Made by a program: the position numbers and the translations under genes. A model generated the notes under the pieces. That model saw nothing but the letters and a program-made list of their open reading frames with translations. It did not search any database and was not told where the DNA came from. This document shows, piece after piece, positions 1 to 10,892 of a stretch of 64,000 nt of DNA. Origin of the DNA: Vulcanimicrobiota bacterium (GTDB lineage: Bacteria; Vulcanimicrobiota; Vulcanimicrobiia; Vulcanimicrobiales; Vulcanimicrobiaceae); contig CAVTCS010000003.1 in assembly GCA_963733295.1 (NCBI GenBank), forward strand, positions 1,152,001 to 1,216,000, given 5' to 3'. How positions within the stretch are numbered: the first letter of the stretch is position 1; each line of letters starts with the position of its first letter.

Positions 1-561
1 ATCCGCGCCGGCTCGGATCCGGATGCGGAGATGGGCCCGCTCGTCACGCGAGAGCACCTCCAACGCGTCCGCGACTACATCGATGGCGGCGTTGCGGAAG
101 GCGCAGAACTGATCCTCGACGGCCGCGAACGCGTAATCGAAGAAAGCGGGTTTTTCATCGGGGCGACGATCTTCGATCGGGTCTCGCCCGAGATGGCAAT
201 CTATCGCGACGAGATCTTCGGTCCGGTCCTGTCGGTCGTGCGCGCCGCCGATCTGCAGCACGCTATCGAGCTGGTCAATGCCAATCGCTACGGGAACGGG
301 GTTGCGCTCTTTACGCGTTCGGGCGGTGCTGCGCGCGAATTCGTGAGTCGCGTGAACATCGGAATGGTCGGCGTCAACGTGGCCATCCCGGTCCCGATGG
401 CCTTCCATAGCTTCGGGGGCTGGAAAGAGTCGATGTTCGGCGATCGAGCGGTCTACGGCACCGAGGGCGTCGAGTTTTACACGCGTCTGAAGACGGTCAC
501 GGCGCGCTGGCCTACGAGCGAGCCGGCCGCGGGCGACGCGTTCGCGATGCCGACACACTGA
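1..561 (+). CDS. mmsA: CoA-acylating methylmalonate/malonate-semialdehyde dehydrogenase, C-terminal part (5'-truncated by the window)
   Basis: Frame is open from base 1. ALDH motifs EIFGPV, YGNGVALFT, GMVGVNVAIPVPMAFHSFGGWKESMFGD and end TVTARWP are typical of MmsA/IolA. Confidence 0.9.
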   Translation: MRAGSDPDAEMGPLVTREHLQRVRDYIDGGVAEGAELILDGRERVIEESGFFIGATIFDRVSPEMAIYRDEIFGPVLSVVRAADLQHAIELVNANRYGNGVALFTRSGGAAREFVSRVNIGMVGVNVAIPVPMAFHSFGGWKESMFGDRAVYGTEGVEFYTRLKTVTARWPTSEPAAGDAFAMPTH

Positions 562-583
562 GACCGGGAATACCGGTGTCGCT

Positions 584-1996
584 CTAGAGTTCGAACGCGT
601 CCGGGCCGCCGGGGCTCGGAAAGATCTTGCCCGGATTCATGATACCGAGCGGGTCGACGGCGTCTTTGATGTGGCGCATGAGGGCGAGTGCGTCGCTGCC
701 GAGGTCGAGTTCCATGAATTGTTTCTTGAGGACGCCGATGCCGTGTTCGCCGGAAAGCGTCCCCCCTGCGGCGACCGCGATTTCGAAGATTTCGCGCGCC
801 GCCACGCGCACGCGTGCCATTTCCGCGGGATCGTTGCGATTGCAAAGCAGGTTCGGATGCAAGTTTCCGTCGCCCGCGTGCCCGAAGATCGGAAGAAGAA
901 GAGCGTGACGCTTGCCGACTTCACGCAGTTTGCGAAGTACCGCGACGAGTTCTGAGCGCGGGATCGAGATATCTTCGCCCAGCTTGTGCGGACGCAGTCG
1001 CGCGAGCGCGGGAGAGATCGCGCGGCGGGCGTTCCAGAGCCGTTCGCTTTCCTCGGGGGTGCGTGCCACGCGCACGTCGCTCGCGCCGTTCTCGTGCGCG
1101 AGTGCGGCGATCGTTGCAAGTTCGGCCTCGACGATCGCCTCGTGGTTGCCGTCGACGGCGAAGAGGAGCAGCGCGTCGCTCTCGACGGGCAATCCGGCGG
1201 AGGTTGCGGCTTCGACGCAACGCAGCGTCAGCTGATCCATTAGCTCGATCGATGCCGGCGTGAGGCCGTGGGCGGCGATCGCGTTGACCGTTCGCGCGGC
1301 GTCTTCGAGGTCGGCGAAGGTCGCCGTCGCAGTGCGGCTGAACGCGGGCTTGCGTAACAAACGGAGAGTGACCTCGGTGATTGTGCCGAGCGTTCCCTCG
1401 GCACCGGTGAAGAGCGCCCGCAAGTTATAGCCGGTGACGTTTTTCACCATCTTGCCGCCGGTACGGATGATTTCGCCCGCCGGCAAAACGACTTGGAGCG
1501 CCATGACGTAGTCGCCCGTGACGCCGTATTTCAGACAGCGCGCGCCGCCGGCGTTCTCGGCGACGTTCCCGCCGATCGCCGACTGTTTGAGGCTCGACGG
1601 ATCCGGCGGGTAGAACAGGCCCCGCGCTTCGACTTCGCGCTGCAGGTCAGCCGTGATGACGCCGGGCTCGACGACGGCGACTTGATTGATTTCGTCGATC
1701 TCGAGGATACGGTTCATTCGCGCGACACCGAGTACGAGGCTGCCCGCAAGCGGAACGGAACCGCCCGAAAGTCCGCTGCCCATCGCGCGCGGCGTCAATG
1801 CGAGATGCTCGCGCGCCGCCAGCCGGTGGATCGCCGCGACCTCGCTTGCCGTTGCCGGGAGCACGACGGCCAGAGGCCGGCTGTCGTACCACGTCCCGTC
1901 GAAACCGTAGGCGATCAGATCTTCTTCGGAGAGCAGGACGTTCTCGGGGCCGACGATCGCTTGCAGCTCCGCGAGCGGCCCGGGAGCCAGCATCAC
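584..1996 (-). CDS. glcD: FAD-linked 2-hydroxyacid oxidase/dehydrogenase (GlcD / D-lactate dehydrogenase family)
   Basis: Motifs FYPPDPSS, IGGNVAENAGG, KYGVT, GAEGTLG, GHAGDGNLH, GEHGIG, NPGKIF. Confidence 0.85.
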   Translation of the reverse strand: MMLAPGPLAELQAIVGPENVLLSEEDLIAYGFDGTWYDSRPLAVVLPATASEVAAIHRLAAREHLALTPRAMGSGLSGGSVPLAGSLVLGVARMNRILEIDEINQVAVVEPGVITADLQREVEARGLFYPPDPSSLKQSAIGGNVAENAGGARCLKYGVTGDYVMALQVVLPAGEIIRTGGKMVKNVTGYNLRALFTGAEGTLGTITEVTLRLLRKPAFSRTATATFADLEDAARTVNAIAAHGLTPASIELMDQLTLRCVEAATSAGLPVESDALLLFAVDGNHEAIVEAELATIAALAHENGASDVRVARTPEESERLWNARRAISPALARLRPHKLGEDISIPRSELVAVLRKLREVGKRHALLLPIFGHAGDGNLHPNLLCNRNDPAEMARVRVAAREIFEIAVAAGGTLSGEHGIGVLKKQFMELDLGSDALALMRHIKDAVDPLGIMNPGKIFPSPGGPDAFEL

Positions 1997-2017
1997 GCCT
2001 GCTTCCGTTCGCGACGT

Positions 2018-3574
2018 TTAGCCGCCGACCTCGACCGGGCCGCTCGGCTTCTTCGGCTTTCGCATCAAGAACACGAGCGGGGTGCAGAGCAGCGCCACCG
2101 CCGCGATCACGTAAGTTGCGTCGGCGAACGCGAGGATCGCGGCCTGGTCGTTGACGAGGCCGGCGAGCTGCTGTGCCGTTCCGCCATGTTCGAAGTAATG
2201 CTGCACGGGAATGCTCGCAGCGGTCGCATTCGCGCCCAAGACTTCCGAATGGAACGTCTCGCGCTGATCGATAACCACGTCGAGCAGCGCGACCGCGATC
2301 GAACCGCCCAGCTGAATCGCGAGGTTGACCATCGCGCCGGCTTTGGGCCCTTCCGCCGGCGTCGTCGCGCCGAGAACCGCAACCGAGATCGGCACGAAGA
2401 GCAGCGAGGTTCCCATTCCGACGACGATCAGGGAGAACGCGAACGTCCAGAAGGTCGAGACGTTGGTCGTAACGACCGCTTGCATCGCGCTTCCGATTCC
2501 GATGAGGACGAATCCGACACCGAGGAACCAACGCGGATCGACGACCCCCGTCAAACGCGCGACGAAGAGCGTGAAGAGCGCAATGGGCAGTGCGCGTAGG
2601 ATAAAGAGGTTGCCGCTGAGTGAGGGCGTGAACCCGAGCGGGCCCTGCGTGAGCTGCGGCAGCGTGTAGGTAGCCCCGAACAGCGCGACACCTAGAGCCA
2701 GCGCGAGCAGCGAACCGGCGGTAACGCTGCGATTGCGGAAGATGCGCAGATCGACGATCGGAACGCGCGTTCCGAACAGCTCGTAGACGACGAACGATAT
2801 GCCGGCTACGACGCACAGAGCCGTCATCGTTGCGATCGTGCCGTTGGAGAGCCAGCTATACCGTTCACCTTCGGTCAGCACGTACTGGAGCGAACCGAGC
2901 GTGCACGCCAACAGCGCGAGACCCACAAAGTCGACCGGGCCGGCTTCCGCCTTCGAGGGGTCGCGCAAAAGCATCAGTAGCAAAACCGCCGACAGAATGC
3001 CGGGTGCGATATTGATGTCGAAGCACCAGTTCCAGGACGCGTTGTCGACGAGCAACCCGCCGAGCGGCGGCCCGAGCGTTGGCCCCAGGATCGCACCGAG
3101 CGCAAAGATGGCTTGGCTTATGCCGAGCTGCCGGGGCGGAAAGGTATCGCGCAGGATGGCTTGTGCCGTCGCCAAGAGTCCGCCCCCGAACGCGCCCTGC
3201 ACAACGCGCGCCATCACGAGGAAGCTCAAGTTGTCAGCGGCGCCGCAAGCGATTGAGGCCAGCGTGAAGCCGGCAATGGAGGTTACGAAGTAGTTCTTAC
3301 GGCCGAACCGGTTTTGAAGCCAAGGGGTCAGCGGAATGACGATGATCGCCGCGATCGTGTAGCCGGTTACGACCCAGGTTCCCTCGTCGACGCTCGCTCC
3401 GAGGTTGCCCTGAATCGTGGGGAGGGCGACGTTGGTGATCGTCGAGTCCAGGGTCTGCATCAGCGAGGCCGCCATCACGCCGACGACGATCAGCACGCGT
3501 CGCAGCCCCCTCTCGGTGACGTCTTGTCGAGCCGGAGCGGGTTCGGCTGGATGCCCCGGTTGCCCCGACGTCAT
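2018..3574 (-). CDS. DHA2-family (EmrB/QacA) MFS efflux permease
   Basis: LDSTITNVALPTI, WVVTGY, RFGRK, GPTLGPPLGG and WNWCFDINI motifs; about 14 hydrophobic segments. Confidence 0.9.
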   Translation of the reverse strand: MTSGQPGHPAEPAPARQDVTERGLRRVLIVVGVMAASLMQTLDSTITNVALPTIQGNLGASVDEGTWVVTGYTIAAIIVIPLTPWLQNRFGRKNYFVTSIAGFTLASIACGAADNLSFLVMARVVQGAFGGGLLATAQAILRDTFPPRQLGISQAIFALGAILGPTLGPPLGGLLVDNASWNWCFDINIAPGILSAVLLLMLLRDPSKAEAGPVDFVGLALLACTLGSLQYVLTEGERYSWLSNGTIATMTALCVVAGISFVVYELFGTRVPIVDLRIFRNRSVTAGSLLALALGVALFGATYTLPQLTQGPLGFTPSLSGNLFILRALPIALFTLFVARLTGVVDPRWFLGVGFVLIGIGSAMQAVVTTNVSTFWTFAFSLIVVGMGTSLLFVPISVAVLGATTPAEGPKAGAMVNLAIQLGGSIAVALLDVVIDQRETFHSEVLGANATAASIPVQHYFEHGGTAQQLAGLVNDQAAILAFADATYVIAAVALLCTPLVFLMRKPKKPSGPVEVGG

Positions 3575-3604
3575 CTCTTGCGGGAACCCCCTTAACGTAG
3601 ATAG

Positions 3605-4495
3605 CTATTTCCGATAGTGCTCGATCGTTAAACGTGTTCCCGCGTCGAGCGAGGTGCGCGGTAAGTGCGGGAAGATCGCGCGCAACTCGCCCTCATCGAC
3701 GCGCGGCGAGATCGGCAAATGGGGGCCGCGGGCGGTGATTTCCGCATGGGGAACTTCAGTTCGAATCGCCGCGAGAATGTCGTCGGTCGACGCGAGCGTG
3801 CCCTGTAGGCTGAACGCGTGCGCGCCCTCGGGCGTCTCGGTCGCGGCTCGAGCGAACGCGGCCGCGGTGTCGGCGACGAAATCCATGCCCGTGCTGCCCG
3901 TAAAGGGTATCGTGTACGGCCGGCCTTCGGCAGCGGCGCGCATCGCGAGCGTCGGCCCCGCCGTTATTCCGGTGGAGCGTCCGGGACCGTACACCGTCCA
4001 CGGACGCAGACCGACGCTTGAGAACTGCACGTCCTCCCAAAACGCGCGCGCGTTCCCTTCGTTGCAGAGTTTGTACGCGCCATAGTGCGTCCCCGGATGC
4101 GGCGTCGAACCGTCGTCGGGTCCGAAGACTGCGGCGCTCGAGGCATATGCGAAGCCGCGCAGCCCGCGCGCAATCGCCGCTTGAAACGCAAACAGGGTTC
4201 CAAGAACGTTGACATGCGCTCCCTTCACGGGATCCGCGCGACAGCCTGGGACGAGAATCCCAGCGAGATGGACGATTGCATCGCACCCTAAGACGGCGGC
4301 CTCGACTTGCGCCGCTTGGGTGATATCGCCTGTGACTTGTTCGACGTTCGGCGCATGCTCGTGCGCCACGATCTCGTCGAAAAGCGCTCGCTCGGAGTGA
4401 AAGTCGAAGACTCGCACGGCATGTCCCGTTTCCAGCAGCGTTCGCGCGGTCCACGCTCCGATAAAGCCGAGACCGCCGGTGATCAGGACTCGCAT
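3605..4495 (-). CDS. NAD-dependent epimerase/dehydratase (extended SDR)
   Basis: TGGLGFIG Rossmann motif, HLAG, YASSAAVFG and YxxxK (YGAYK). Confidence 0.9.
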   Translation of the reverse strand: MRVLITGGLGFIGAWTARTLLETGHAVRVFDFHSERALFDEIVAHEHAPNVEQVTGDITQAAQVEAAVLGCDAIVHLAGILVPGCRADPVKGAHVNVLGTLFAFQAAIARGLRGFAYASSAAVFGPDDGSTPHPGTHYGAYKLCNEGNARAFWEDVQFSSVGLRPWTVYGPGRSTGITAGPTLAMRAAAEGRPYTIPFTGSTGMDFVADTAAAFARAATETPEGAHAFSLQGTLASTDDILAAIRTEVPHAEITARGPHLPISPRVDEGELRAIFPHLPRTSLDAGTRLTIEHYRK

Positions 4496-4556
4496 TCCGG
4501 CTCAACCTCTCTCGGGGGAGGACTTGTATGGTGGCTTCGAAACCCCTAGCCTCGCT

Positions 4557-4871
4557 ATGCCCGAGCGCAACACGCCCGACATCTTGAGGCTGGCCGATAT
4601 CGATAACGTCGCCGTCGCGCTGCGCGCGCTCGACGCCGGTGAAATCGTTGCGGCGGGAGGCGCGCGCGTGACCGTGCTCGTGGCGATCCCCGCCGGCCAC
4701 AAACTCGCGTTAGGCGAGATCCCGCAGGGCGAGGTGATCTTAAAATACGGACAAGTGATGGGTCGCGCAACCGCGCGCATTCTCGCCGGCGAACACGTGC
4801 ACGTACACAACGTCGAGGGCTTACGCGGGCGCGGAGATCTCGCGCCGGCAAACGCCGGAGGAGACGCGTGA
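4557..4871 (+). CDS. UxaA-family dehydratase small subunit (SAF domain)
   Basis: DNVAVAL...IPAGHKLAL...KYGQVMG...GEHVHVHN. Start refined to ATG 4557; GTGA overlap with the next gene. Confidence 0.85.
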   Translation: MPERNTPDILRLADIDNVAVALRALDAGEIVAAGGARVTVLVAIPAGHKLALGEIPQGEVILKYGQVMGRATARILAGEHVHVHNVEGLRGRGDLAPANAGGDA

Positions 4872-6022
4872 CTTTCGAGGGGTACCATCGCCCAAACGGA
4901 ACGGTCGGCGTGCGTAACCACGTGCTGATCCTTCCCTCGGTCATGTGCGCGAACCACGTCATCGACCGAATCGGCCGCGCGGTCACCGAGGTCATCACCG
5001 TGCAGCACCCGACGGGGTGTTCGCAAATCGGCGTCGATTTCGAGCAGACGAAGCGGACGATGGCCGGCTTCGCATCGAATCCGAACGTCGCGGCGGTACT
5101 GGTCGTCGGCTTGGGTTGCGAAACCAACGAGAGCAAGGCGTTGGCTCAAGAGATCGCAGCGCGGGGTCAGCGCGTAGAAGTCATCGGCATTCAGGAGAGC
5201 GATGGTACGAGCAACACGATCGCGCGCGGCATCGAAATCTCGCGCGAGCTGCTGCGCGAAGCGGAAAAGCACGAGCGGCACGCGGCCGGTTTCGAGCACC
5301 TGATTCTCGGCACCGAGTGCGGCGGCAGCGACACGTTCTCGGGAATCACCGCGAACCCGGCGCTTGGCCACGCCAGCGACCGCGTCGTTGCCGAAGGCGG
5401 GACGGTCATCCTCGCCGAGCTACCGGAGCTGGTAGGCGCCGAACATTTGCTGGCGGAACGCGCGAGTCCGCAAGTCAGCGCGCAGCTGTACGAGTTGATC
5501 GCGCGAGTCGAAGCCCGGGCGGCTGCGATGCACGTCGACATCCGTTACGGGAATCCAACGCAGGGCAACATTGCCGGCGGCCTTTCGACGCTCGAGGAGA
5601 AATCGCTGGGCTGCATCCACAAAGGCGGCTCGACCGAGCTGCGCCAAGTTGTCGAATACGCGGTGCGTCCGAGCGAACGCGGTCTCGTCGTGATGGATAC
5701 GCCGGGTCAAGATATCGAGCAGTTGACGGGAATGGTCGCCGGCGGCGCGCAGGTGGTGGTCTTTACGACGGGCCGCGGAACGCCGACCGGATCGCCGATC
5801 GCGCCGGTCATCAAGGTCGCGACGAATTCCGCGATCTTCGGTCGCATGCGCGAGAACCTGGATATCAACGCGGGCACGATCGTCGACGGCGCGCGTTCGC
5901 TCGAATCGGTCGGTGACGAGATCTTCGATTGGATCGTCGCGGCCGCGAACGGCCGCAAGCCGGCCGCCGAAGAACTCGAGTTTCGCGATTTCGCAATCAA
6001 CCGGATCGGGCCGTCTTTCTAG
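4868..6022 (+). CDS. UxaA/GarD-family (altronate/galactarate-type) dehydratase large subunit
   Basis: GVRNHVLILPSVMC, HPTGC, GLGCE, ECGGSD, GGLSTLEEKSLG, FTTGRG. Confidence 0.85.
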   Translation: MTFEGYHRPNGTVGVRNHVLILPSVMCANHVIDRIGRAVTEVITVQHPTGCSQIGVDFEQTKRTMAGFASNPNVAAVLVVGLGCETNESKALAQEIAARGQRVEVIGIQESDGTSNTIARGIEISRELLREAEKHERHAAGFEHLILGTECGGSDTFSGITANPALGHASDRVVAEGGTVILAELPELVGAEHLLAERASPQVSAQLYELIARVEARAAAMHVDIRYGNPTQGNIAGGLSTLEEKSLGCIHKGGSTELRQVVEYAVRPSERGLVVMDTPGQDIEQLTGMVAGGAQVVVFTTGRGTPTGSPIAPVIKVATNSAIFGRMRENLDINAGTIVDGARSLESVGDEIFDWIVAAANGRKPAAEELEFRDFAINRIGPSF

Positions 6023-6175
6023 CGCCGAGCGGGCAAGCGGGCGAGTCTCTCGGCGTTCCACATGAGCCGCGGCGTCACTCTCGCTGCGCGCCGTGGCTGT
6101 GACCTCACGCCGTCCCCCAGCCTCGAATGGACCTCGCGCCCGGACGATAAAGTAGATGTCGAACGGGATGAGCTA

Positions 6176-6907
6176 ATGGCCTCAGTCGTGATTGCCGGAG
6201 CCCCGGCGCGAGATCGTCTCCTTTCGGGTCTGTTCGCGGAGGGCGTTCGCCTGATGCGCGAGCGCTGGCCCGTGTATGCATTTTTCGCGGTCGTGTGTGC
6301 CGTCGCGGCAGCTCTGCCGGTTCGCGGCGATCCGGTGAACCTGCTGAACTACCCGGTCTTCCGGGTTTGGTTCGGATGCGCGGTGCTGGCCATCTTTTTC
6401 ATCCTCCCGACGGCGATCCGCCGCTTGCGTCCCGATTTCCGGATGACCGTGCAGCGGGGTCTGCTGACCGCGCTCGTTCTCGTCTCGATCAGCTTCGTCA
6501 CCGACCTCGGCATCATGGCGGCGGTCATCCCGGGACTCATCGTGGGCGTGCTGCTTTCGCAAGGGCTCGTCGTCGCGCTGATCCAGAGCAGCGAGAAGCC
6601 GAGCGTCGGCGGGGTCATTTCGAGCATCAAGCGCGCCTTCGGCGCTTCGTTCGCACTCACGCGCGGGCATTTTGCGACGACCCTCGGGGTCGTGACGCTC
6701 TCGCTCGCCATCTTGATCGTCCCGATCTTTCTCGAACTCATCGCGATGATCGTGTTTTACGTGCGCTTGCCGCAGTCGTTATATGCGGTGGCCCCGCTGC
6801 TCTACCTCAGCTTCATCTATCTCGAGTGCGTGCGCTATACGCTGATCGTGCGATGGTTCCGGCGTTTGCAGGTCGAACCAAACGCTGGTGTTCCGTTCCT
6901 CTCGTGA
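6176..6907 (+). CDS. Hypothetical integral membrane protein
   Basis: Several hydrophobic helices; no recognisable motif. Start is ATG 6176 (alternative 6062). Confidence 0.65.
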   Translation: MASVVIAGAPARDRLLSGLFAEGVRLMRERWPVYAFFAVVCAVAAALPVRGDPVNLLNYPVFRVWFGCAVLAIFFILPTAIRRLRPDFRMTVQRGLLTALVLVSISFVTDLGIMAAVIPGLIVGVLLSQGLVVALIQSSEKPSVGGVISSIKRAFGASFALTRGHFATTLGVVTLSLAILIVPIFLELIAMIVFYVRLPQSLYAVAPLLYLSFIYLECVRYTLIVRWFRRLQVEPNAGVPFLS

Positions 6908-6964
6908 TTTAAGACTCGGTCCGCGCACCTCGGCGGCGGCCGGGCATCACCCGGAATCGCGCGC

Positions 6965-8647
6965 ATGAGCTACGACATGAAAGCCCGCAGCGCGACGATC
7001 ACGAATGGCCGCGACCGGGCCGGCGCGCGGGCGATGTACAAGGCCGTCGGATTTAGCGACGAGGACCTGGCCAAGCCGATCGTCGGCATCGCGAACACCT
7101 GGATCGAAACGATGCCGTGCAACCTGAACTTACGCGAACTTGCCCATCACGTGAAGCGCGGCGTACGCGAGGCGGGCGGAACGCCGATGGAGTTCAACAC
7201 GATTGCCATCAGCGACGGTGTCACCATGGGCACCGAAGGTATGAAGGCGTCGCTCGTCAGCCGCGAAGTGATCGCCGACTCGATCGAGTTAGTCGGACGC
7301 GGGCACATGTTCGACGCGATCGTGGCGCTCGTGGCCTGCGACAAAACGATCCCCGGCGCGGCAATGGCGCTCATCCGGCTCAACGTGCCCTCGCTGCTGC
7401 TGTACGGCGGTTCGATCGCGCCGGGCCGCCACAACGGTCGCGACATCACCATCGTCGACGTTTACGAAGCGATCGGTGCTCACGCAGCGGGCAAGATCGA
7501 CGACGCCGAACTCAAAGCGATCGAGGACCACGCTTGCCCGGGCGCGGGTGCGTGCGGCGGACAGTTTACCGCCAACACGATGGCCACGGTGATGGAATTC
7601 ATCGGGCTCTCGCCCGTTGGGAGCGCCTCGCCCGGCGCGACCGATCCGCGCAAGGAGCGAAAAGCGTACGAAGCCGGGGTGCTCGTGATGGACGTCTTGC
7701 GGCGCGGGTTGCGTCCGCGCGATCTGCTTACGCGCGAAGCCTTTGAGAACGCGATCGCGGCGGCCGCGGGAACCGGCGGCTCGACCAATTCCGTCTTGCA
7801 TTTGCTCGCGCTGGCACGCGAGGCCGGCGTACCGCTCGAGATCGACGACTTCGACCGGGTCAGCCGGCGCACGCCGATCCTAGCGGATCTGAAACCTGGT
7901 GGGAAGTACGTCGCACTCGACGTCGATCGGGCGGGCGGCATCGAACTGATCGTCAAGCGGATGGTCGAGGGCGAGCTGATTCGAGGCGACCAGCTAACGG
8001 TCACGGGCCGTACGCTCGCGCAAGAGTCGGCGACTGCGGTCGAAACGCCGGGACAGGCGGTCGTTACGACCGTCGAGCGCCCGTTTAAAACGACGGGGGG
8101 TCTCGTAATTCTCCGCGGCGACCTCGCTCCCGACGGTGCCGTCGTGAAGATCGCCGGGCACGAACGCGAGTATCACCGGGGACCCGCGCGAATCTACGAC
8201 CGCGAGGAAGCGGCGATGTCGGCCATTGAGGCGGGCGCGGTACGCGCCGGCGACGTCGTCGTCATCCGCTACGAAGGACCCAAAGGCGGTCCGGGAATGC
8301 GCGAGATGCTTTCGATCACCGGCGCGCTCGTCGGTGCGGGGTTGGGAGAGACGGTGGCGCTGGTTACCGACGGACGTTTCTCGGGCGGGACCCACGGTCT
8401 CATGGTCGGCCACGTCGCTCCCGAAGCGGCGACCGGCGGACCTCTTGCGGCCTTGCGCGACGGCGATATCGTCATCGTCGATATCGCGGGACGGCGGCTC
8501 GATACGGAAGTGCCGGCGGCCGAACTGACGCAGCGTCTCGCCGGCTGGAAACCGCGCCCACCCAACTACGCGAGCGGCGTCTTCGCGAAGTATGTAAGTC
8601 TGGTTTCGTCCGCGTCGGACGGCGCGATCACGCGCCCGCTGCCGTAG
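6965..8647 (+). CDS. ilvD: Dihydroxy-acid dehydratase
   Basis: [65 protein letters not shown]. Confidence 0.95.
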   Translation: MSYDMKARSATITNGRDRAGARAMYKAVGFSDEDLAKPIVGIANTWIETMPCNLNLRELAHHVKRGVREAGGTPMEFNTIAISDGVTMGTEGMKASLVSREVIADSIELVGRGHMFDAIVALVACDKTIPGAAMALIRLNVPSLLLYGGSIAPGRHNGRDITIVDVYEAIGAHAAGKIDDAELKAIEDHACPGAGACGGQFTANTMATVMEFIGLSPVGSASPGATDPRKERKAYEAGVLVMDVLRRGLRPRDLLTREAFENAIAAAAGTGGSTNSVLHLLALAREAGVPLEIDDFDRVSRRTPILADLKPGGKYVALDVDRAGGIELIVKRMVEGELIRGDQLTVTGRTLAQESATAVETPGQAVVTTVERPFKTTGGLVILRGDLAPDGAVVKIAGHEREYHRGPARIYDREEAAMSAIEAGAVRAGDVVVIRYEGPKGGPGMREMLSITGALVGAGLGETVALVTDGRFSGGTHGLMVGHVAPEAATGGPLAALRDGDIVIVDIAGRRLDTEVPAAELTQRLAGWKPRPPNYASGVFAKYVSLVSSASDGAITRPLP

Positions 8648-8655
8648 AGGGTCGC

Positions 8656-9915
8656 ATGATGCTTCTCGCCTGCAGCGAGTGTCGCGCTGCGGCCCCTGCC
8701 GGTTCGACTTTTTGCGCAGTCTGCGGGGGCCTCTTGGAGTTCACGCTCAAGCGCGCGCCCGCACCGGCGCCGACGTTATTGCGCCGTTTCACCTTGCGGC
8801 GGACCTCGCAGCATCCGCTCGATCGCAGTGGGGTCTGGCGCTTTCGGGATTTACTGCCGCCCTTGGCCGGTGAGGCAGTGACGCTGCAAGAGAACGTCGT
8901 TCCGGTGCTCGCTGCAAGCGCAGGCGCCAAGTACGCCGACGCCACGCGCGTCGCGTACCTGCATCTCGGCAGCAATCCGACCGGTTCTTTCAAGGACGCC
9001 GGTATGACCGTGGCGATATCGCAGGCGAAGGCGCACGGCGCGCGGCTCGCTGTCTGCGCCAGTACCGGAAACACCGCTGCTTCGATGGCGGCCTACGCTG
9101 CGCGTGCCGGGATGAACGCGCTGGTGCTCGTGCCGAGCGGCGGAGTCAGCGAAGCGAAGCTCGCGCAGACGCTCGACTACGGTGCGAAGGTCGTCACGCT
9201 GGCCGGCGACTTCGATCGCGCCTTGGAGTTCGTGCGGACGCTCGATCCGGCGCGGTTTGCGCTGCTGAACAGTGTCAACCCCTATCGCATCGAGGGCCAA
9301 AAGTGTGCCGCCTTTGCGTTGCTCGAAGCGCGGGATTGGGTCGCTCCGGAGTGGCTCGTGCTGCCGGGCGGTAACCTCGGCAATACGAGCGCCTTCGGCA
9401 AAGGCTTTCGCGAAGCGCTCGCGCTCGATTTGATCGGGCGGATTCCACGCATTGCAGTCGTGCAAGCGGCAGGTGCCGCACCCTTCGCGCATCTCTGGCA
9501 GAACGGCGGCGAACTGCGTCCCGTCAAAGCGCATACCTCGGCGACCGCGATCAACATCGGCGCACCCGCATCCTGGAAAAAAGCGCTCGCCGAGGTTCGC
9601 GAGTCCCAGGGAACGGTGCTCGCGGTTTCCGACGATGAGATCGCCGACGCGCGCGCGATCGTGGGCCGTGACGGCGTCGGGTGCGAGCCGGCATCGGCCG
9701 CGTCGCTTGCCGGACTCCGTAAACTGCGCGAACTCGGAATCGTCGGATGCGACGACGACACCGTGCTGGTGTTGACCGGCAACGTTCTCAAAGATACCGA
9801 CTATGCGACCGAGTACCATACGTCCGGCTCGCCTTACGCGAATCGGGTAACGCACGCGGAGTCCGATGCGGCTTTGCACGAGTTCATCGACGGTTTGAGC
9901 GAAATCCGTGTCTGA
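8656..9915 (+). CDS. thrC: Threonine synthase with N-terminal CxxC...CxxC
   Basis: NPTGSFKD (PLP lysine), CASTGNT, NSVNPYRIEGQK, PGGNLGN, EPASAAS. Confidence 0.93.
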   Translation: MMLLACSECRAAAPAGSTFCAVCGGLLEFTLKRAPAPAPTLLRRFTLRRTSQHPLDRSGVWRFRDLLPPLAGEAVTLQENVVPVLAASAGAKYADATRVAYLHLGSNPTGSFKDAGMTVAISQAKAHGARLAVCASTGNTAASMAAYAARAGMNALVLVPSGGVSEAKLAQTLDYGAKVVTLAGDFDRALEFVRTLDPARFALLNSVNPYRIEGQKCAAFALLEARDWVAPEWLVLPGGNLGNTSAFGKGFREALALDLIGRIPRIAVVQAAGAAPFAHLWQNGGELRPVKAHTSATAINIGAPASWKKALAEVRESQGTVLAVSDDEIADARAIVGRDGVGCEPASAASLAGLRKLRELGIVGCDDDTVLVLTGNVLKDTDYATEYHTSGSPYANRVTHAESDAALHEFIDGLSEIRV

Positions 9916-10858
9916 CGCTCGCGCGGACGCCTTCAGCGTCGCGGTCCCTGCGTCGAGTGCGAACCTCGGTCCGGGTTTCGACGCGATCGGTTTGGCACTC
10001 GATCTCTGGGTCCGCGCGACGGTGCAACCTTCGCTCGGATTTTCGATCGCCTTCAAGGCGGGCCGCTACGTGCCGACCAACGCCGGTTTCGAAAACGAGA
10101 TCCTGCGCGGCTTCGATCGCGTCATGCACGGAGCGCGCCCGAACGTCTCGCTGACGATCGCGAACGACATCCCCCTCGGGAAAGGACTCGGCGCCAGCGC
10201 CGCGGGAGCGGTGCTCGGCCTGACGGTCGCCGCCGAGTTGAGCGCTGCGCGGCCCACGAAAGCGCAGCTGGCCCGCGACGCCTGCGAACTCGAAGGTCAT
10301 CCGGACAACGCGCTGCCGGCGCTGCTCGGCGGGATCATCGTCGCGGCGATGCCGGAGAATGCGGACCCCGTGTTCCTGCGCTTCGAGGCGCCACCGGGTC
10401 TCGAGGTCGTGGCAGTCGTTCCGCACATCGTGCTTCCGACGGCCGCCGCGCGAGCGCTCTTGCCGGCGCACTACGAGCGCGCCGACGTCGTCTTCAACCT
10501 GCAACGCGCGGCGCTGCTGGCGGGCGCGCTGGCGAGCGGCAGGCTCGAAGGCCTTCGGACCGCCACCGGAGACCGTGTTCACCAACCGTACAGGGCCCCG
10601 CTCGTTCCGGGCTTTGCCGAGATGCTCGGATTCGAGCTGCCCGGGCTGCTCGCGCTCGCCCTCTCGGGAGCGGGGCCGGGCGTCATCGCGTTCGTCGACG
10701 GCGAAGCGGATGCGATCGGCAGCGCGCTGCGCGAGGCGTTCGCGCGCGAGGGAATCGAGAGCGACGTTTTCCGTTTGGGTATCTCAACGCGCGGTGCCAC
10801 CGTTGAGAGGCTGAGCCCGGACGAGCGATCGACACCGCCGCAGGCGCGAAGCCGATAA
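9908..10858 (+). CDS. thrB: Homoserine kinase
   Basis: VPASSANLGPGFD, IPLGKGLGASAA (GHMP motif), EGHPDN, HQPYR, LSGAGP. Confidence 0.93.
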   Translation: MSDARADAFSVAVPASSANLGPGFDAIGLALDLWVRATVQPSLGFSIAFKAGRYVPTNAGFENEILRGFDRVMHGARPNVSLTIANDIPLGKGLGASAAGAVLGLTVAAELSAARPTKAQLARDACELEGHPDNALPALLGGIIVAAMPENADPVFLRFEAPPGLEVVAVVPHIVLPTAAARALLPAHYERADVVFNLQRAALLAGALASGRLEGLRTATGDRVHQPYRAPLVPGFAEMLGFELPGLLALALSGAGPGVIAFVDGEADAIGSALREAFAREGIESDVFRLGISTRGATVERLSPDERSTPPQARSR

Positions 10859-10892
10859 GGGAAGGGCGTATTTGGCGGTTAACGGAGTCTAG

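Noticed and set aside
4557..6022. SuyAB sulfolactate sulfo-lyase (with Ldh_2 as ComC)
   Set aside because: The two-subunit layout fits, but the large subunit keeps the UxaA/GarD cysteines (SVMC, HPTGC, GLGCE), and no sulfite exporter or sulfonate genes are nearby.
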